From positions 7,199 to 55,462 of the forward strand of contig CAYGDF010000001.1 in assembly GCA_964348675.1 (NCBI GenBank): DNA of 48,264 nt, written 5' to 3'. Shown one piece after another: positions 8,881 to 17,535 of this stretch (position 1 is the first letter of the stretch; the number at the start of each line of letters is the position of its first letter). The DNA comes from an uncultured Candidatus Saccharibacteria bacterium (GTDB lineage Bacteria > Patescibacteriota > Minisyncoccia > Phycocordibacterales > UBA5272). The notes under the pieces are model-generated. The model made no database searches. It saw nothing but the letters and a program-made list of their open reading frames with translations, and was not told where the DNA came from. A program made the translations under genes and the position numbers.

Positions 8881-10278
8881 ATGAAAAAAACATATAGTAT
8901 TTCTCGTCTACTGTTTATGGTTTATTTGGCTTTTGCTTTTGTCGTTCCGATGTACGCTTATGCCGAAGCCACAACTACCCCGGAATGTATTTCAGGAAAT
9001 AGTTTTGATGATTTTAATTTAGGGTCTGTAAATGGACAAGGTGGGTGGCGTGTGACTGGAACGTATGATCAAGAAGTTGTTTCTAATATTTTCGGATATC
9101 CAACTTTTGGTTGTAAGTCACTTCGTATATCAGATGCCACAACATCGGTCTTTATATATGACCAGATTTTCTCCACTTCTACTGTAAATGAAGTTGGAGA
9201 AACTGACGCCCAAAGTGGTGACGCTCCCATTGGTGTGCGTCAAACTTACTTTGAAGCGCAATTTGATCTTGCTTCTGTAACGCAAAACGAACAACCAGGA
9301 ATGCATTTATCGGTATCTCCTGACAGGGGGGATGGAACGCGCATGAGTTCATTAGGGTTCGAAGATACATTCTCAGGAATAAATATATATTTCGATGATG
9401 TTATAGGAACAAGTAGTCCGGTAACTTTCAGAGAAACTCAAATCGCTACGGCTCTCACACGATCACTGCCGCATACCATTAAATTTTCTATGGATTTTCT
9501 AGACGGAGAAGGAAATGATGTGGTTAGTATTTACGTGGATGGTGTTCTTGCTCACACGGGAACAAGTTGGGAGAATTTCTACAGGTTTGATCAAGAGGCC
9601 TTTCCTTCACCTAACAACACCAGTCGCACGGTAAATTCTTTAGTTTTTTATGAAAGGGGAACAGCCTCATCATCTGATTTATCCAATGGGTACCTAATAG
9701 ATAACGTGTTGTTAGCAACTGGCACCACAACACTTTCTGTTTCTACAACAACCACCGCAACTTCTACCCAAGCCACTAGTACTGACAGCACCAGTACCTC
9801 TACTCCGCCTATTGAAACAACGCAAAGAGGTGGAGCGGGAGGACCAAATGGATATCCTGGATGTATTGATAAAACAGCGACTAATTATGACCCTACAGCC
9901 ATCTACACGGGAACGTGTACATACGCTACATTGGAGCCGGGTTTAGTTTTGGGTGTTTCAACTTCTACAGTATCTAATTCTACGAGCACCGCAACAACAA
10001 GTGGAAATGGTCCCTTTATAACCATCTCTTCTCTTTCTTCTTCGTTTGATTCAAAAAATAAACACAACTTTCTTAGTGATTTAAAGTTAGGTTCACGTGG
10101 TGAAGATGTTTCTTGGTTACAAGAAATTCTAATGACAGAGGGATTTCTTATCTACAATGGAACAACAAGTTATTTTGGACCACTAACCCAATCAGCGCTT
10201 AAAAAATGGCAAGCAAAGAACGGTATTAATTCTACCGGATATTTTGGAAGACTTTCAAGAGCGTTTCTGAATAGGTAA
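8881..10278 (+). CDS. Secreted protein: lectin/LamG-like N-domain, Thr/Ser linker, C-terminal peptidoglycan-binding domain
   Basis: Signal peptide (LAFAFVVPMYAYA). Thr/Ser-rich linkers. The C-terminal PG_binding_1-like motif is LKLGSRGEDVSWLQEILMTEGFL...YFGPLTQSALKKWQAKNGINSTGYFG. Confidence 0.65.
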   Translation: MKKTYSISRLLFMVYLAFAFVVPMYAYAEATTTPECISGNSFDDFNLGSVNGQGGWRVTGTYDQEVVSNIFGYPTFGCKSLRISDATTSVFIYDQIFSTSTVNEVGETDAQSGDAPIGVRQTYFEAQFDLASVTQNEQPGMHLSVSPDRGDGTRMSSLGFEDTFSGINIYFDDVIGTSSPVTFRETQIATALTRSLPHTIKFSMDFLDGEGNDVVSIYVDGVLAHTGTSWENFYRFDQEAFPSPNNTSRTVNSLVFYERGTASSSDLSNGYLIDNVLLATGTTTLSVSTTTTATSTQATSTDSTSTSTPPIETTQRGGAGGPNGYPGCIDKTATNYDPTAIYTGTCTYATLEPGLVLGVSTSTVSNSTSTATTSGNGPFITISSLSSSFDSKNKHNFLSDLKLGSRGEDVSWLQEILMTEGFLIYNGTTSYFGPLTQSALKKWQAKNGINSTGYFGRLSRAFLNR

Positions 10279-10302
10279 GTAGAGCAATAGTAAACTCGTA
10301 TA

Positions 10303-10393
10303 AGTGTGGCTACAAATATTTTCCGCCGTCGCTCAAAAATCTCGCAGCCCGCCCCTCGTGGTTTTGATTGCTATCAAAACATCACTGCGGCCC
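10303..10393. repeat. Conserved non-coding element, copy A (homologous to 46943..47034)
   Basis: The core 10325..10389 aligns without gaps to 46967..47031 at 53/65 identities by hand. The 8-bp/4-nt hairpin (10361..10380) differs from copy B only by two compensatory base-pair swaps. Confidence 0.6.
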
Positions 10394-10407
10394 TCCACAA
10401 AGCACAA

Positions 10408-10427
10408 AACCTGCCACAGGGCAGGTT
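10408..10427 (-). terminator. Hairpin terminator downstream of tRNA-Ala
   Basis: The stem is aacctgcc/ggcaggtt. On the minus strand it is followed by TTTTGTGCTTTG, and it lies 13 nt past the tRNA 3' end. Confidence 0.55.
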
Positions 10428-10439
10428 GTTGTGTCTTTG

Positions 10440-10512
10440 TGGACCCTAGGAGAATCGAACTCCTCACCTCCGGAGTGCAAAACCGGCGCTCTACCATATG
10501 AGCTAAGGGCCC
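10440..10512 (-). tRNA. tRNA-Ala (anticodon UGC)
   Basis: Reverse complement: GGGCCCT TA GCTC ATATGGTA GAGC G CCGGT TTTGCAC TCCGG AGGTG AGGAG TTCGATT CTCCT AGGGTCC A. It folds as a cloverleaf with anticodon TGC and the G3:U70 alanine identity pair. CCA is not encoded. Confidence 0.9.
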
Positions 10513-10605
10513 TTCTGGAAACAATGTCTATAATACTACCATATCCATAGGAACAAGAAAAGAGTCTTGTGGTAAAATGTACACTACATTATCAACAATA
10601 ACCTT

Positions 10606-10935
10606 ATGGGCAAAATACACAAAATTTTAATAAACTCTCTCCCGATAATTTTAATGGTTGGACTCATACCTTTGATTGCAAACGACTACGTTCTTTCCGT
10701 GGTATACATGACCATAATTATAGTCGCTCTTCTTATAAAGAAAGAAGTACATGATATTACAGCTCTTGTTTTAGGTTTCTTTATAATGATAGTTTCAGAA
10801 TATTTTTTCATTAAAACAGGTGTGGAAACTTTTAACAGAAATTCTCTTTTTAATATGATGCCTCTTTGGTTGCCTCTCTTATGGGCTTACGGTTTCGTCG
10901 CCATTAAACGCACCCTTAACATATTAAATGCTTAA
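10606..10935 (+). CDS. Small integral membrane protein
   Basis: 109 aa with three to four hydrophobic helices. Confidence 0.55.
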   Translation: MGKIHKILINSLPIILMVGLIPLIANDYVLSVVYMTIIIVALLIKKEVHDITALVLGFFIMIVSEYFFIKTGVETFNRNSLFNMMPLWLPLLWAYGFVAIKRTLNILNA

Positions 10936-11001
10936 ATCTTTGCAATATTAACCAAAGCAAGGTATCCTTGTTGCTTAACGGGTGCTAACTAAACAAAAAA
11001 T

Positions 11002-11136
11002 ATGTCAGATGATACAACAAACAATGTGGACACAACAGTAACTTCATCTGTGGAAGAGCCTGTAGTTTCTGCTCCCAACGAAACACCTGAGTCAGTTCCA
11101 GAGACAACTGAAGTTATGGATGCTCCGACAGCGTAA
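11002..11136 (+). CDS. Possible small acidic peptide (44 aa)
   Basis: An ATG..TAA ORF below the ORF-track cutoff: MSDDTTNNVDTTVTSSVEEPVVSAPNETPESVPETTEVMDAPTA. It sits between a gene end and a terminator, and I saw no clear RBS. Confidence 0.25.
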   Translation: MSDDTTNNVDTTVTSSVEEPVVSAPNETPESVPETTEVMDAPTA

Positions 11137-11160
11137 AAAGTCTTTACGTTTAAGACAAAT

Positions 11161-11190
11161 AATAAATCCCCAATTAATTGGGGATTTATT
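11161..11190. terminator. Bidirectional hairpin terminator
   Basis: aaatccccaatt/aattggggattt is a perfect palindrome flanked by A/T runs, between convergent genes. Confidence 0.7.
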
Positions 11191-11875
11191 ATTTCCAGAG
11201 ACTGGTTCCAATTTTATCGTCAGCAAATCTGTGGTTTACATCACGGTGTATCATCTCGTCTTTCAGTGTGGCTTTTATTACATCGACTAAACGTGCATCG
11301 CTGTTTAAATTCCAATAACTCTTGGCAAGTTGAGGCGCCTCTACATTTTCATGGATACTATTTTCAATTAATGCTAAGTAGTGTTCATAACTATTAATTG
11401 CTTCTTCTTCAAAGTATCCAACGACTCGGTGGGCCGTGGCTGGAGAAATTAAATACAAAATAAAGTACAAATGGTAAAAGAAAAATTGGACTATAAAAAT
11501 GAGGACCTTTTCAAAAGAGTTCGGTTTTGCTATTTCGCTGTATACCAGTAAATGGATACGTTCGTTTTCTGCTTCGTCCAAAAGAGTTTTTATCCAGCCT
11601 CTATCATCCCTTATAAACCTTAGAGATTTTAAATGTTGAAGTAACCCTCCAACCATTCCTGGCACAGAAGCAATCGTTTCAAGTACCACAGCCCGATGAC
11701 AGTATCTGTTTTGAAACAAAAAATCAGCGCAAGCAGCCGACGCTCGCACTATATTTTTAGCAACAGTATCTCTTACTCCAGACGGAGTGTGTCTGTAACT
11801 TTCTCTATGAGTTCCTATGTGAGGGGTGACTTCTTTCAAGTTCTCAAACATCACTTCGTCCTTTTCGGTTATCAT
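11189..11875 (-). CDS. Alternative oxidase (AOX, di-iron ubiquinol oxidase family)
   Basis: The four AOX iron-binding regions are visible: VLETIASVPGMVGG, AENERIHLL, YFEEEAINSYEHY, LKDEMIHRDVNH. I prefer the ATG at 11875, since the ORF-track start at 11896 is TTG. The ATG at 11851 is also possible. Confidence 0.8.
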   Translation of the reverse strand: MITEKDEVMFENLKEVTPHIGTHRESYRHTPSGVRDTVAKNIVRASAACADFLFQNRYCHRAVVLETIASVPGMVGGLLQHLKSLRFIRDDRGWIKTLLDEAENERIHLLVYSEIAKPNSFEKVLIFIVQFFFYHLYFILYLISPATAHRVVGYFEEEAINSYEHYLALIENSIHENVEAPQLAKSYWNLNSDARLVDVIKATLKDEMIHRDVNHRFADDKIGTSLWK

Positions 11876-11940
11876 AATAGTAAGTATATCCCACAAAGGT
11901 TACTTTTTGGAAGTCTTGTAAATATGATAGAATAAAAGAC

Positions 11941-13236
11941 ATGTTAGATATTAAATTCATCCGCGAAAATAAGGAAATTGTTGCACAGGCAATCAGAAAC
12001 AGAAACAGAGAAGTTGACCTAGATCTTCTCCTTTCTCTTGCTGATGAAAAAAAGGGCATACGACAGAAACTTGATGAACTTAATCAGAAACGAAACGAAG
12101 CAGCCAAATCAAGAAATATTGAGGAAGGTTCTCGGTTAAAAGGGGAGGCTGAACAGGTTGAAGCGGAGTTTGCAGAATCTGACAAGAAGTACTTCGCTCT
12201 TATGATGAAAGTGCCCAACATTACCTCTTTAGATACGCCAGTTGGTAAAGATGATACAGAAAACAAAATTATTCGTTCGTGGGGAACTCCACCTCAATTT
12301 TCATTTACACCGAAAGAGCATTTTGAACTCGGCGAAGCACTTGGATTTTTGGACATTGAAACTGCAGGACGAATTTCTGGTTCACGCTTTGCGTATATTA
12401 AGGGGGATCTAGCATTGCTTCAATTTGCACTTGTACAAAAGTGCTTCCAGATTCTTACTGATCAGGAAACACTTGAAACAATTGCGAAAGAAGCCGGAGT
12501 ATCCATTTCTGTTGCTTCATTTATTCCAGTCATTCCGCCTGTTTTCGTAAAACCAGCAGTGCAAAATCGCATGGCTCGGTTCCTAACCTCAGAAGAACAC
12601 TATATGTTCCCGAATGATGATTTGATGCTCGTGGGAAGTGCTGAACACACACTTGGACCGATTCATATGGATAGTGTTATTGATGAAAAAGACTTACCCA
12701 TTCGATATGCTGGATACTCAACAGCCTTTCGGCGCGAAGCGGGGTCATACGGCAAAGATACTAAAGGTATTTTAAGGCAACATCAGTTCGACAAGATAGA
12801 GATGGAAGTATTTTCACTTCCAGAAAATGGATTAGAAGAGCAAAATTTTCTCGTTGCCATCCAGGAACATATCTTGAAAACATTGAAACTTTCTCACCAA
12901 GTTGTTATGGTTTGCACTGGCGATATGGGGTTCCCAGATTATCGTCAGATTGATGTTGAGACTTGGATGCCAGGACAGAATACTTTCCGAGAAACTCACA
13001 GCGCTGATTATATTGGTGGATTTCAGGCTCGTCGCTTGAATACGAAAGTTAAGCGAAATGATGGTACGGTGGAGGTTCTACACATGAATGATGCTACTGC
13101 GATTGCGGTGGGGAGAATGTTGATTGCAATTATTGAAAACTATCAGCAAGAAGATGGAACGATTAAGGTGCCTGATGTTTTAGTTCCTTTCATGGCAGGT
13201 AAAACCGTAATTGGTAAACCGTTTCGTTCAAATTAA
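11941..13236 (+). CDS. serS: Seryl-tRNA synthetase
   Basis: MLDIKFIRENKE start, N-terminal coiled coil, and class II motif 2 FRREAGSYGKDTKGILRQHQFDKIE. 431 aa. Confidence 0.9.
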   Translation: MLDIKFIRENKEIVAQAIRNRNREVDLDLLLSLADEKKGIRQKLDELNQKRNEAAKSRNIEEGSRLKGEAEQVEAEFAESDKKYFALMMKVPNITSLDTPVGKDDTENKIIRSWGTPPQFSFTPKEHFELGEALGFLDIETAGRISGSRFAYIKGDLALLQFALVQKCFQILTDQETLETIAKEAGVSISVASFIPVIPPVFVKPAVQNRMARFLTSEEHYMFPNDDLMLVGSAEHTLGPIHMDSVIDEKDLPIRYAGYSTAFRREAGSYGKDTKGILRQHQFDKIEMEVFSLPENGLEEQNFLVAIQEHILKTLKLSHQVVMVCTGDMGFPDYRQIDVETWMPGQNTFRETHSADYIGGFQARRLNTKVKRNDGTVEVLHMNDATAIAVGRMLIAIIENYQQEDGTIKVPDVLVPFMAGKTVIGKPFRSN

Positions 13237-13240
13237 CCCT

Positions 13241-14119
13241 ATGAGAAAAAGGACTTTTGTTCTTTGGAAGAAAATTCTAACCCGGACTTTGGGTTTGGCT
13301 ATAGTTATTTTTACTTTTTATATTTACTTCAAAACAAACTTTTTTACTATTTATACTTACGAAGTAACAGGTGCACCAGAGGATAGAAAAAGCGAAATAG
13401 AAAATAAAATCAAAGAACTTTCAAATACTCCTATTTACAAAGTAATTCCTACCAATAAAATCCTGACCCACAGAGGTAGTCAAATCAAATCTTTGGTAAA
13501 AGAACTTTTACCAAACACAAACGAAGTTGATATTAGTGTTAAGCCGCTTCATACGCTTTTAATTAAGATAACCCCTTACACTGCAACTTTTAAACTTGAT
13601 GACAGGCGTGCAGTAACAAAAGACGGATACATATACTATGAATCTAAAGATTTAGAGAGCATACCGACTATTGTTGTCGCATCTTCTACTATTAGTCTCG
13701 AGAAAAAAGACGGATTAATGGAAAGTAAATTATTAATAGATAAGGCGACGAGTACAGAAATATTATTTGACTCAATCGCTACCATAATTCCTAAAATCAA
13801 TGCAGTGCTATTTGATGTTTCTAAAATAAGCGTGAATCCTGACGGAGATATTATTTTATCCAATAACGAAGGCAGAAGTAGTGTGAAGTTGAATTCTTTG
13901 GTGGATATGGAAAAGGAGTGGTCAAATGTGATTAGCGCCATTGATACGGAGCCACTGAAAACTCTGCTAGAAACAAAAAAAGACTCACTTGAATATATAG
14001 ATGTGCGGTTCGGCAATAAGGTTTTTTATAAGTTTACAAAAGATGGAGGAGCGGCTATAATCTCTGACACTAATAACAACACAAATGCTACGAGCACTTC
14101 TACAGAAACTTCTCGGTAA
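13241..14119 (+). CDS. Membrane-anchored protein, possibly FtsQ/DivIB-like (POTRA)
   Basis: I prefer the ATG at 13241. N-terminal TM (LGLAIVIFTFYIYF) followed by a POTRA-like pattern (IYTYEVTGAPEDRKSEIENKI...LLIKITPY). The family call is weak. Confidence 0.35.
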   Translation: MRKRTFVLWKKILTRTLGLAIVIFTFYIYFKTNFFTIYTYEVTGAPEDRKSEIENKIKELSNTPIYKVIPTNKILTHRGSQIKSLVKELLPNTNEVDISVKPLHTLLIKITPYTATFKLDDRRAVTKDGYIYYESKDLESIPTIVVASSTISLEKKDGLMESKLLIDKATSTEILFDSIATIIPKINAVLFDVSKISVNPDGDIILSNNEGRSSVKLNSLVDMEKEWSNVISAIDTEPLKTLLETKKDSLEYIDVRFGNKVFYKFTKDGGAAIISDTNNNTNATSTSTETSR

Positions 14120-14141
14120 AAAAGAATTGAAGAAAATTAAC

Positions 14142-15164
14142 ATGAACCCAGTTCGTGGTTTTTGGCAGAAGTTAATTGATGAAAAAATTTTGAAAGGAAA
14201 AACACTCTCAGTCGTTGCACCAATGGCAGATGTTACGGATGTGGCTTTTAGAGGTCTGATTGCTAAATATTCTAAACCCGCTGGGCCAGATGTAATGTGG
14301 ACGGAGTTCGTTTCTGCTGATGGTTTATGCAGTGCAGGGCGGGAAGTTTTAAAAAGAGATCTAGAGTTTGGGGATTATGAAAGACCGGTCGTTGCCCAAC
14401 TTTTCACTTCAACCGAAGAGCATATGGAAAAAGCGGCGGTTTTATGTAGAGAACTTGGGTTTGATGGAATAGATATAAACATGGGATGTCCTGATAAAAG
14501 TATTGAGAAGCAAGGTGCTGGAGCGGCTCATATAAAAGATTGGAAGACTGCTCAAAAAATAATTCGTGCCGCACAAAGAGGGGCGCAACATTTACCGGTA
14601 TCAGTGAAGACACGCATGGGGTACAACAAAATAGAATTTATGGAATGGTTACCAAAACTTTTAGAATGTAACATTCCAGTTCTTACTGTGCACCTTCGCA
14701 CTAGAAAAGAAATGTCAAAAGTCGATGCTCACTGGGAAAGAATGCCTGAAGTAGTTAAGTTAGTGCGCGAAATGACCGGGGAAGTAAAAGACGGCGGAAC
14801 AATTATTTTAGGTAATGGTGATGTGAAGTCTGTCTGGGAAGGAAAACAAAAAGCCAAGGAAACTGGGTGTGATGGAGTAATGGTTGGACGTGGAATGTTC
14901 GGCACACCGTGGTTTTTTAACGAAGAAGAATTTGAAAAAGGAAAAACAACTGAGGAAAGGTTAAAGATTTTAGTGGAGCACACTAAACTCTATGAAGAAA
15001 AATTGGGAGATATAAAATCTTTCGCAATCATGAAAAAGCACTACAAGGCATATGTTCATGGTTTTGACGGGGCGAAAGAACTACGAGTAGAACTGATGGA
15101 GTGTGAGAATTCAAAAGAAGTAGAGGAGAAAGTGAAAGTTTTTCTTTCTACGCAAGCTTTATAA
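14142..15164 (+). CDS. tRNA-dihydrouridine synthase
   Basis: APMADVTDVAFRGLI, DINMGCP and VHLRT motifs of the Dus family. I prefer the ATG at 14142. Confidence 0.85.
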   Translation: MNPVRGFWQKLIDEKILKGKTLSVVAPMADVTDVAFRGLIAKYSKPAGPDVMWTEFVSADGLCSAGREVLKRDLEFGDYERPVVAQLFTSTEEHMEKAAVLCRELGFDGIDINMGCPDKSIEKQGAGAAHIKDWKTAQKIIRAAQRGAQHLPVSVKTRMGYNKIEFMEWLPKLLECNIPVLTVHLRTRKEMSKVDAHWERMPEVVKLVREMTGEVKDGGTIILGNGDVKSVWEGKQKAKETGCDGVMVGRGMFGTPWFFNEEEFEKGKTTEERLKILVEHTKLYEEKLGDIKSFAIMKKHYKAYVHGFDGAKELRVELMECENSKEVEEKVKVFLSTQAL

Positions 15165-16008
15165 ATACCGCACCGAGGACTGCAAGTAAAATTGCTATAA
15201 TTTTTTGCTGCCAGTTTGTTTTTTCTCTAAAATAAAATATTCCAATAATCACAGCCAGTATCGCTCCAAGTCTTAACATTGGATAAACGTACGCAATTTG
15301 TACATCTGGCTGAGAAACTAGTTTAATTGAAAGAGCGTATGATAATGTAAAAATAATTCCTACCGGAAGATAAAAAGACAGTCTTTTAATACTAAAATCT
15401 TGCTGGTTTGGTTTATAGAAAAAATACAGAGGAATATTAGACATGAACATGATTAACCAGACGTATAAAAGCGTGTCGAAAAATTTAGCATTATAACTAT
15501 CTAAAAAAATAGCGATTGCTCCGCTAAAAGCGGTAGCCAAACAAAGAAGTAATGCGACATTGCTTATGTCTCTATCTTTTTCTTTTTTATAACTGGCTAA
15601 AATAGACGCAGTGCATATAAAAAGAATCCCTAAAGCCAAATTCGTCGAAATTTTTTGACCCAAGAATAAAAAACCTAAAACAGCGACGAGAATAACTTGC
15701 AGTTGCGTGATGATGGTAAAGGTTGATACAGGGGATTTTTCTAAGGCCACATTGTACACGTATCCAAAAACTCCCCAGGCAATTCCGGCGGTTACAAGAA
15801 GTAACATCTGATGAGCATTTAGGTTTTTCAGCAATCCGAACTTTCCCACAACAAAAGGTAACAATACAACTACGCTGACGGCATTAGTAAAAATTGTAAG
15901 AGGTAATGGTTTAACATTAAACAGAGCATATTTGGTCAAAAGACGATTCGCTGTCTGGGCGAAGATGGTAAAAACAATCAAAGCCCAAGTAAAATTAGAT
16001 AAAATCAT
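15148..16008 (-). CDS. DMT/EamA-family transporter
   Basis: 286 aa, about 10 hydrophobic helices in two halves. Its 3' end overlaps the convergent dus gene by 17 nt. Confidence 0.55.
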   Translation of the reverse strand: MILSNFTWALIVFTIFAQTANRLLTKYALFNVKPLPLTIFTNAVSVVVLLPFVVGKFGLLKNLNAHQMLLLVTAGIAWGVFGYVYNVALEKSPVSTFTIITQLQVILVAVLGFLFLGQKISTNLALGILFICTASILASYKKEKDRDISNVALLLCLATAFSGAIAIFLDSYNAKFFDTLLYVWLIMFMSNIPLYFFYKPNQQDFSIKRLSFYLPVGIIFTLSYALSIKLVSQPDVQIAYVYPMLRLGAILAVIIGIFYFREKTNWQQKIIAILLAVLGAVFIKLA

Positions 16009-16025
16009 TATGGTATAATTCTAAC

Positions 16026-17030
16026 ATGACACAGTATGTAGCGCTTTATCGCAAATATCGACCGCAATCCTTCAAAGATGTTGTGGGACAAGACCAAGTG
16101 GTCACTTTACTTGAGAATTCAATTAAACAAAAAAAGATTGGGCACGCATACCTATTTTGCGGAGGACGTGGAACCGGAAAGACTACAGTTGCTAGAATTT
16201 TTGCCAGAGACATTGGTTGTAACCCCGAAGACATAATTGAAATTGATGCAGCAAGTAACCGTGGTATTGACGAAATCCGCGAACTTCGCGATGCGGTACG
16301 CACCGCACCTTTTTCATCTCCTTATAAAGTTTATATTGTAGATGAAGCCCACATGCTCACTAAGGAAGCGGCGAACGCTCTTCTTAAGACTCTAGAAGAA
16401 CCGCCGTCTCATGTTGTGTTTATTTTAGCTACCACTGATCCAGATAAATTACCACAGACGATTGTGTCTCGTTGTCAAAAGGTTGAGTTTAAACAGCCTG
16501 ACATTCAAACACTCGTGGATAGATTGCTATATGTTGTAGAGCAAGAAGTTAGATCACTTGAAAAAGAAAGCGCTGAATTAATCGCACGTCATGGTAAGGG
16601 TTCGTATCGTGATGCACTTGGAGTGCTTGAGCAAATTCTCGCTGTATCTGAAAAGAAAATTAATCATGAAGTTGTAATGGCGACTTTAGGAACTCCCCAC
16701 GAAGAAACACTTTTAGAGTTACTAGACGTAGTTTGCCAGAAAAATAGTAAAGGAATAATAGATAAACTGAAAAGACTGAAAACTAGAAATTCTTCTGCAC
16801 TTCGCACTTATGATGAATTCATAGAACTAGTTAGACAAGGACTTCTAATTAGAATAGGCCAGTTAGATGATAAAAAGGCCGAACTTACTCGCATTGCTAG
16901 CACCTATCCTCATACCATAGGCTCAAAACTAGTGCTAGAACTGCTAGAGAAGCGTCATTTGTTAGAAGTGTCGGATAGCCATTCCTGGACTGCTTTTGAG
17001 GCAGTTTTGCTGTCTGTTGTGGAACAGTGA
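16026..17030 (+). CDS. dnaX: DNA polymerase III gamma/tau subunit (short form)
   Basis: YRPQSFKDVVGQ, Walker A GGRGTGKTT, Walker B VDEAHML, sensor SRCQ. Confidence 0.9.
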   Translation: MTQYVALYRKYRPQSFKDVVGQDQVVTLLENSIKQKKIGHAYLFCGGRGTGKTTVARIFARDIGCNPEDIIEIDAASNRGIDEIRELRDAVRTAPFSSPYKVYIVDEAHMLTKEAANALLKTLEEPPSHVVFILATTDPDKLPQTIVSRCQKVEFKQPDIQTLVDRLLYVVEQEVRSLEKESAELIARHGKGSYRDALGVLEQILAVSEKKINHEVVMATLGTPHEETLLELLDVVCQKNSKGIIDKLKRLKTRNSSALRTYDEFIELVRQGLLIRIGQLDDKKAELTRIASTYPHTIGSKLVLELLEKRHLLEVSDSHSWTAFEAVLLSVVEQ

Positions 17031-17491
17031 TTATGGATGAAATAGAATTAAAAAACTTTATATTTGAAGCAAGCCGAGCCACTTACGCTTCTGGGGATGA
17101 ATCTCTTAAACATAAAGAGGGTGATGGTTCTACGACTATTGTTTATGAAAAGGGTGGTTATAAAATGCATGACAACTATTTTGGTGGTGAGCCATATTGT
17201 GGTCGTGAGGTTATTTTTTTAGAGAACAAAGCGATTTGGATGATGGTTTATTATGGATTAGTCTATGAGGGCGTTGTTCACGCTGATGTATATAAGTTTT
17301 TAATGTCAGCGCTTTCTAATAATACTAACGAAATGCCGTATCGAGGGCCGACACTCTACGAAAAAGATAATTGGAGATACGAAAACAGTTTTGTGGGTGA
17401 CGTGAGTAATCTTTCAGGTACAGAAAAAATCTTTAAAGATAATCTTTGTGTTTATGAGGCTAGTTATCTTGGCGGTTTTGTGGACAGATAA
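17027..17491 (+). CDS. Hypothetical cytoplasmic protein (DUF5680-like, recall-level)
   Basis: 154 aa. It overlaps the dnaX stop by 4 nt (ATGA-type coupling). Confidence 0.5.
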   Translation: MIMDEIELKNFIFEASRATYASGDESLKHKEGDGSTTIVYEKGGYKMHDNYFGGEPYCGREVIFLENKAIWMMVYYGLVYEGVVHADVYKFLMSALSNNTNEMPYRGPTLYEKDNWRYENSFVGDVSNLSGTEKIFKDNLCVYEASYLGGFVDR

Positions 17492-17535
17492 GAAAGCGAT
17501 AGCACTTTTAAGTTTTAATTAGTACACTTATTGCA

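Noticed and set aside
10304-10550. Three ORFs (10304..10501 +, 10333..10524 -, 10368..10550 +) covering the tRNA-Ala region.
   Set aside because: They run through a well-folding tRNA gene and its terminator hairpin. The homologous element at 46.97 kb has an in-frame stop, so the conservation there is not protein-coding.
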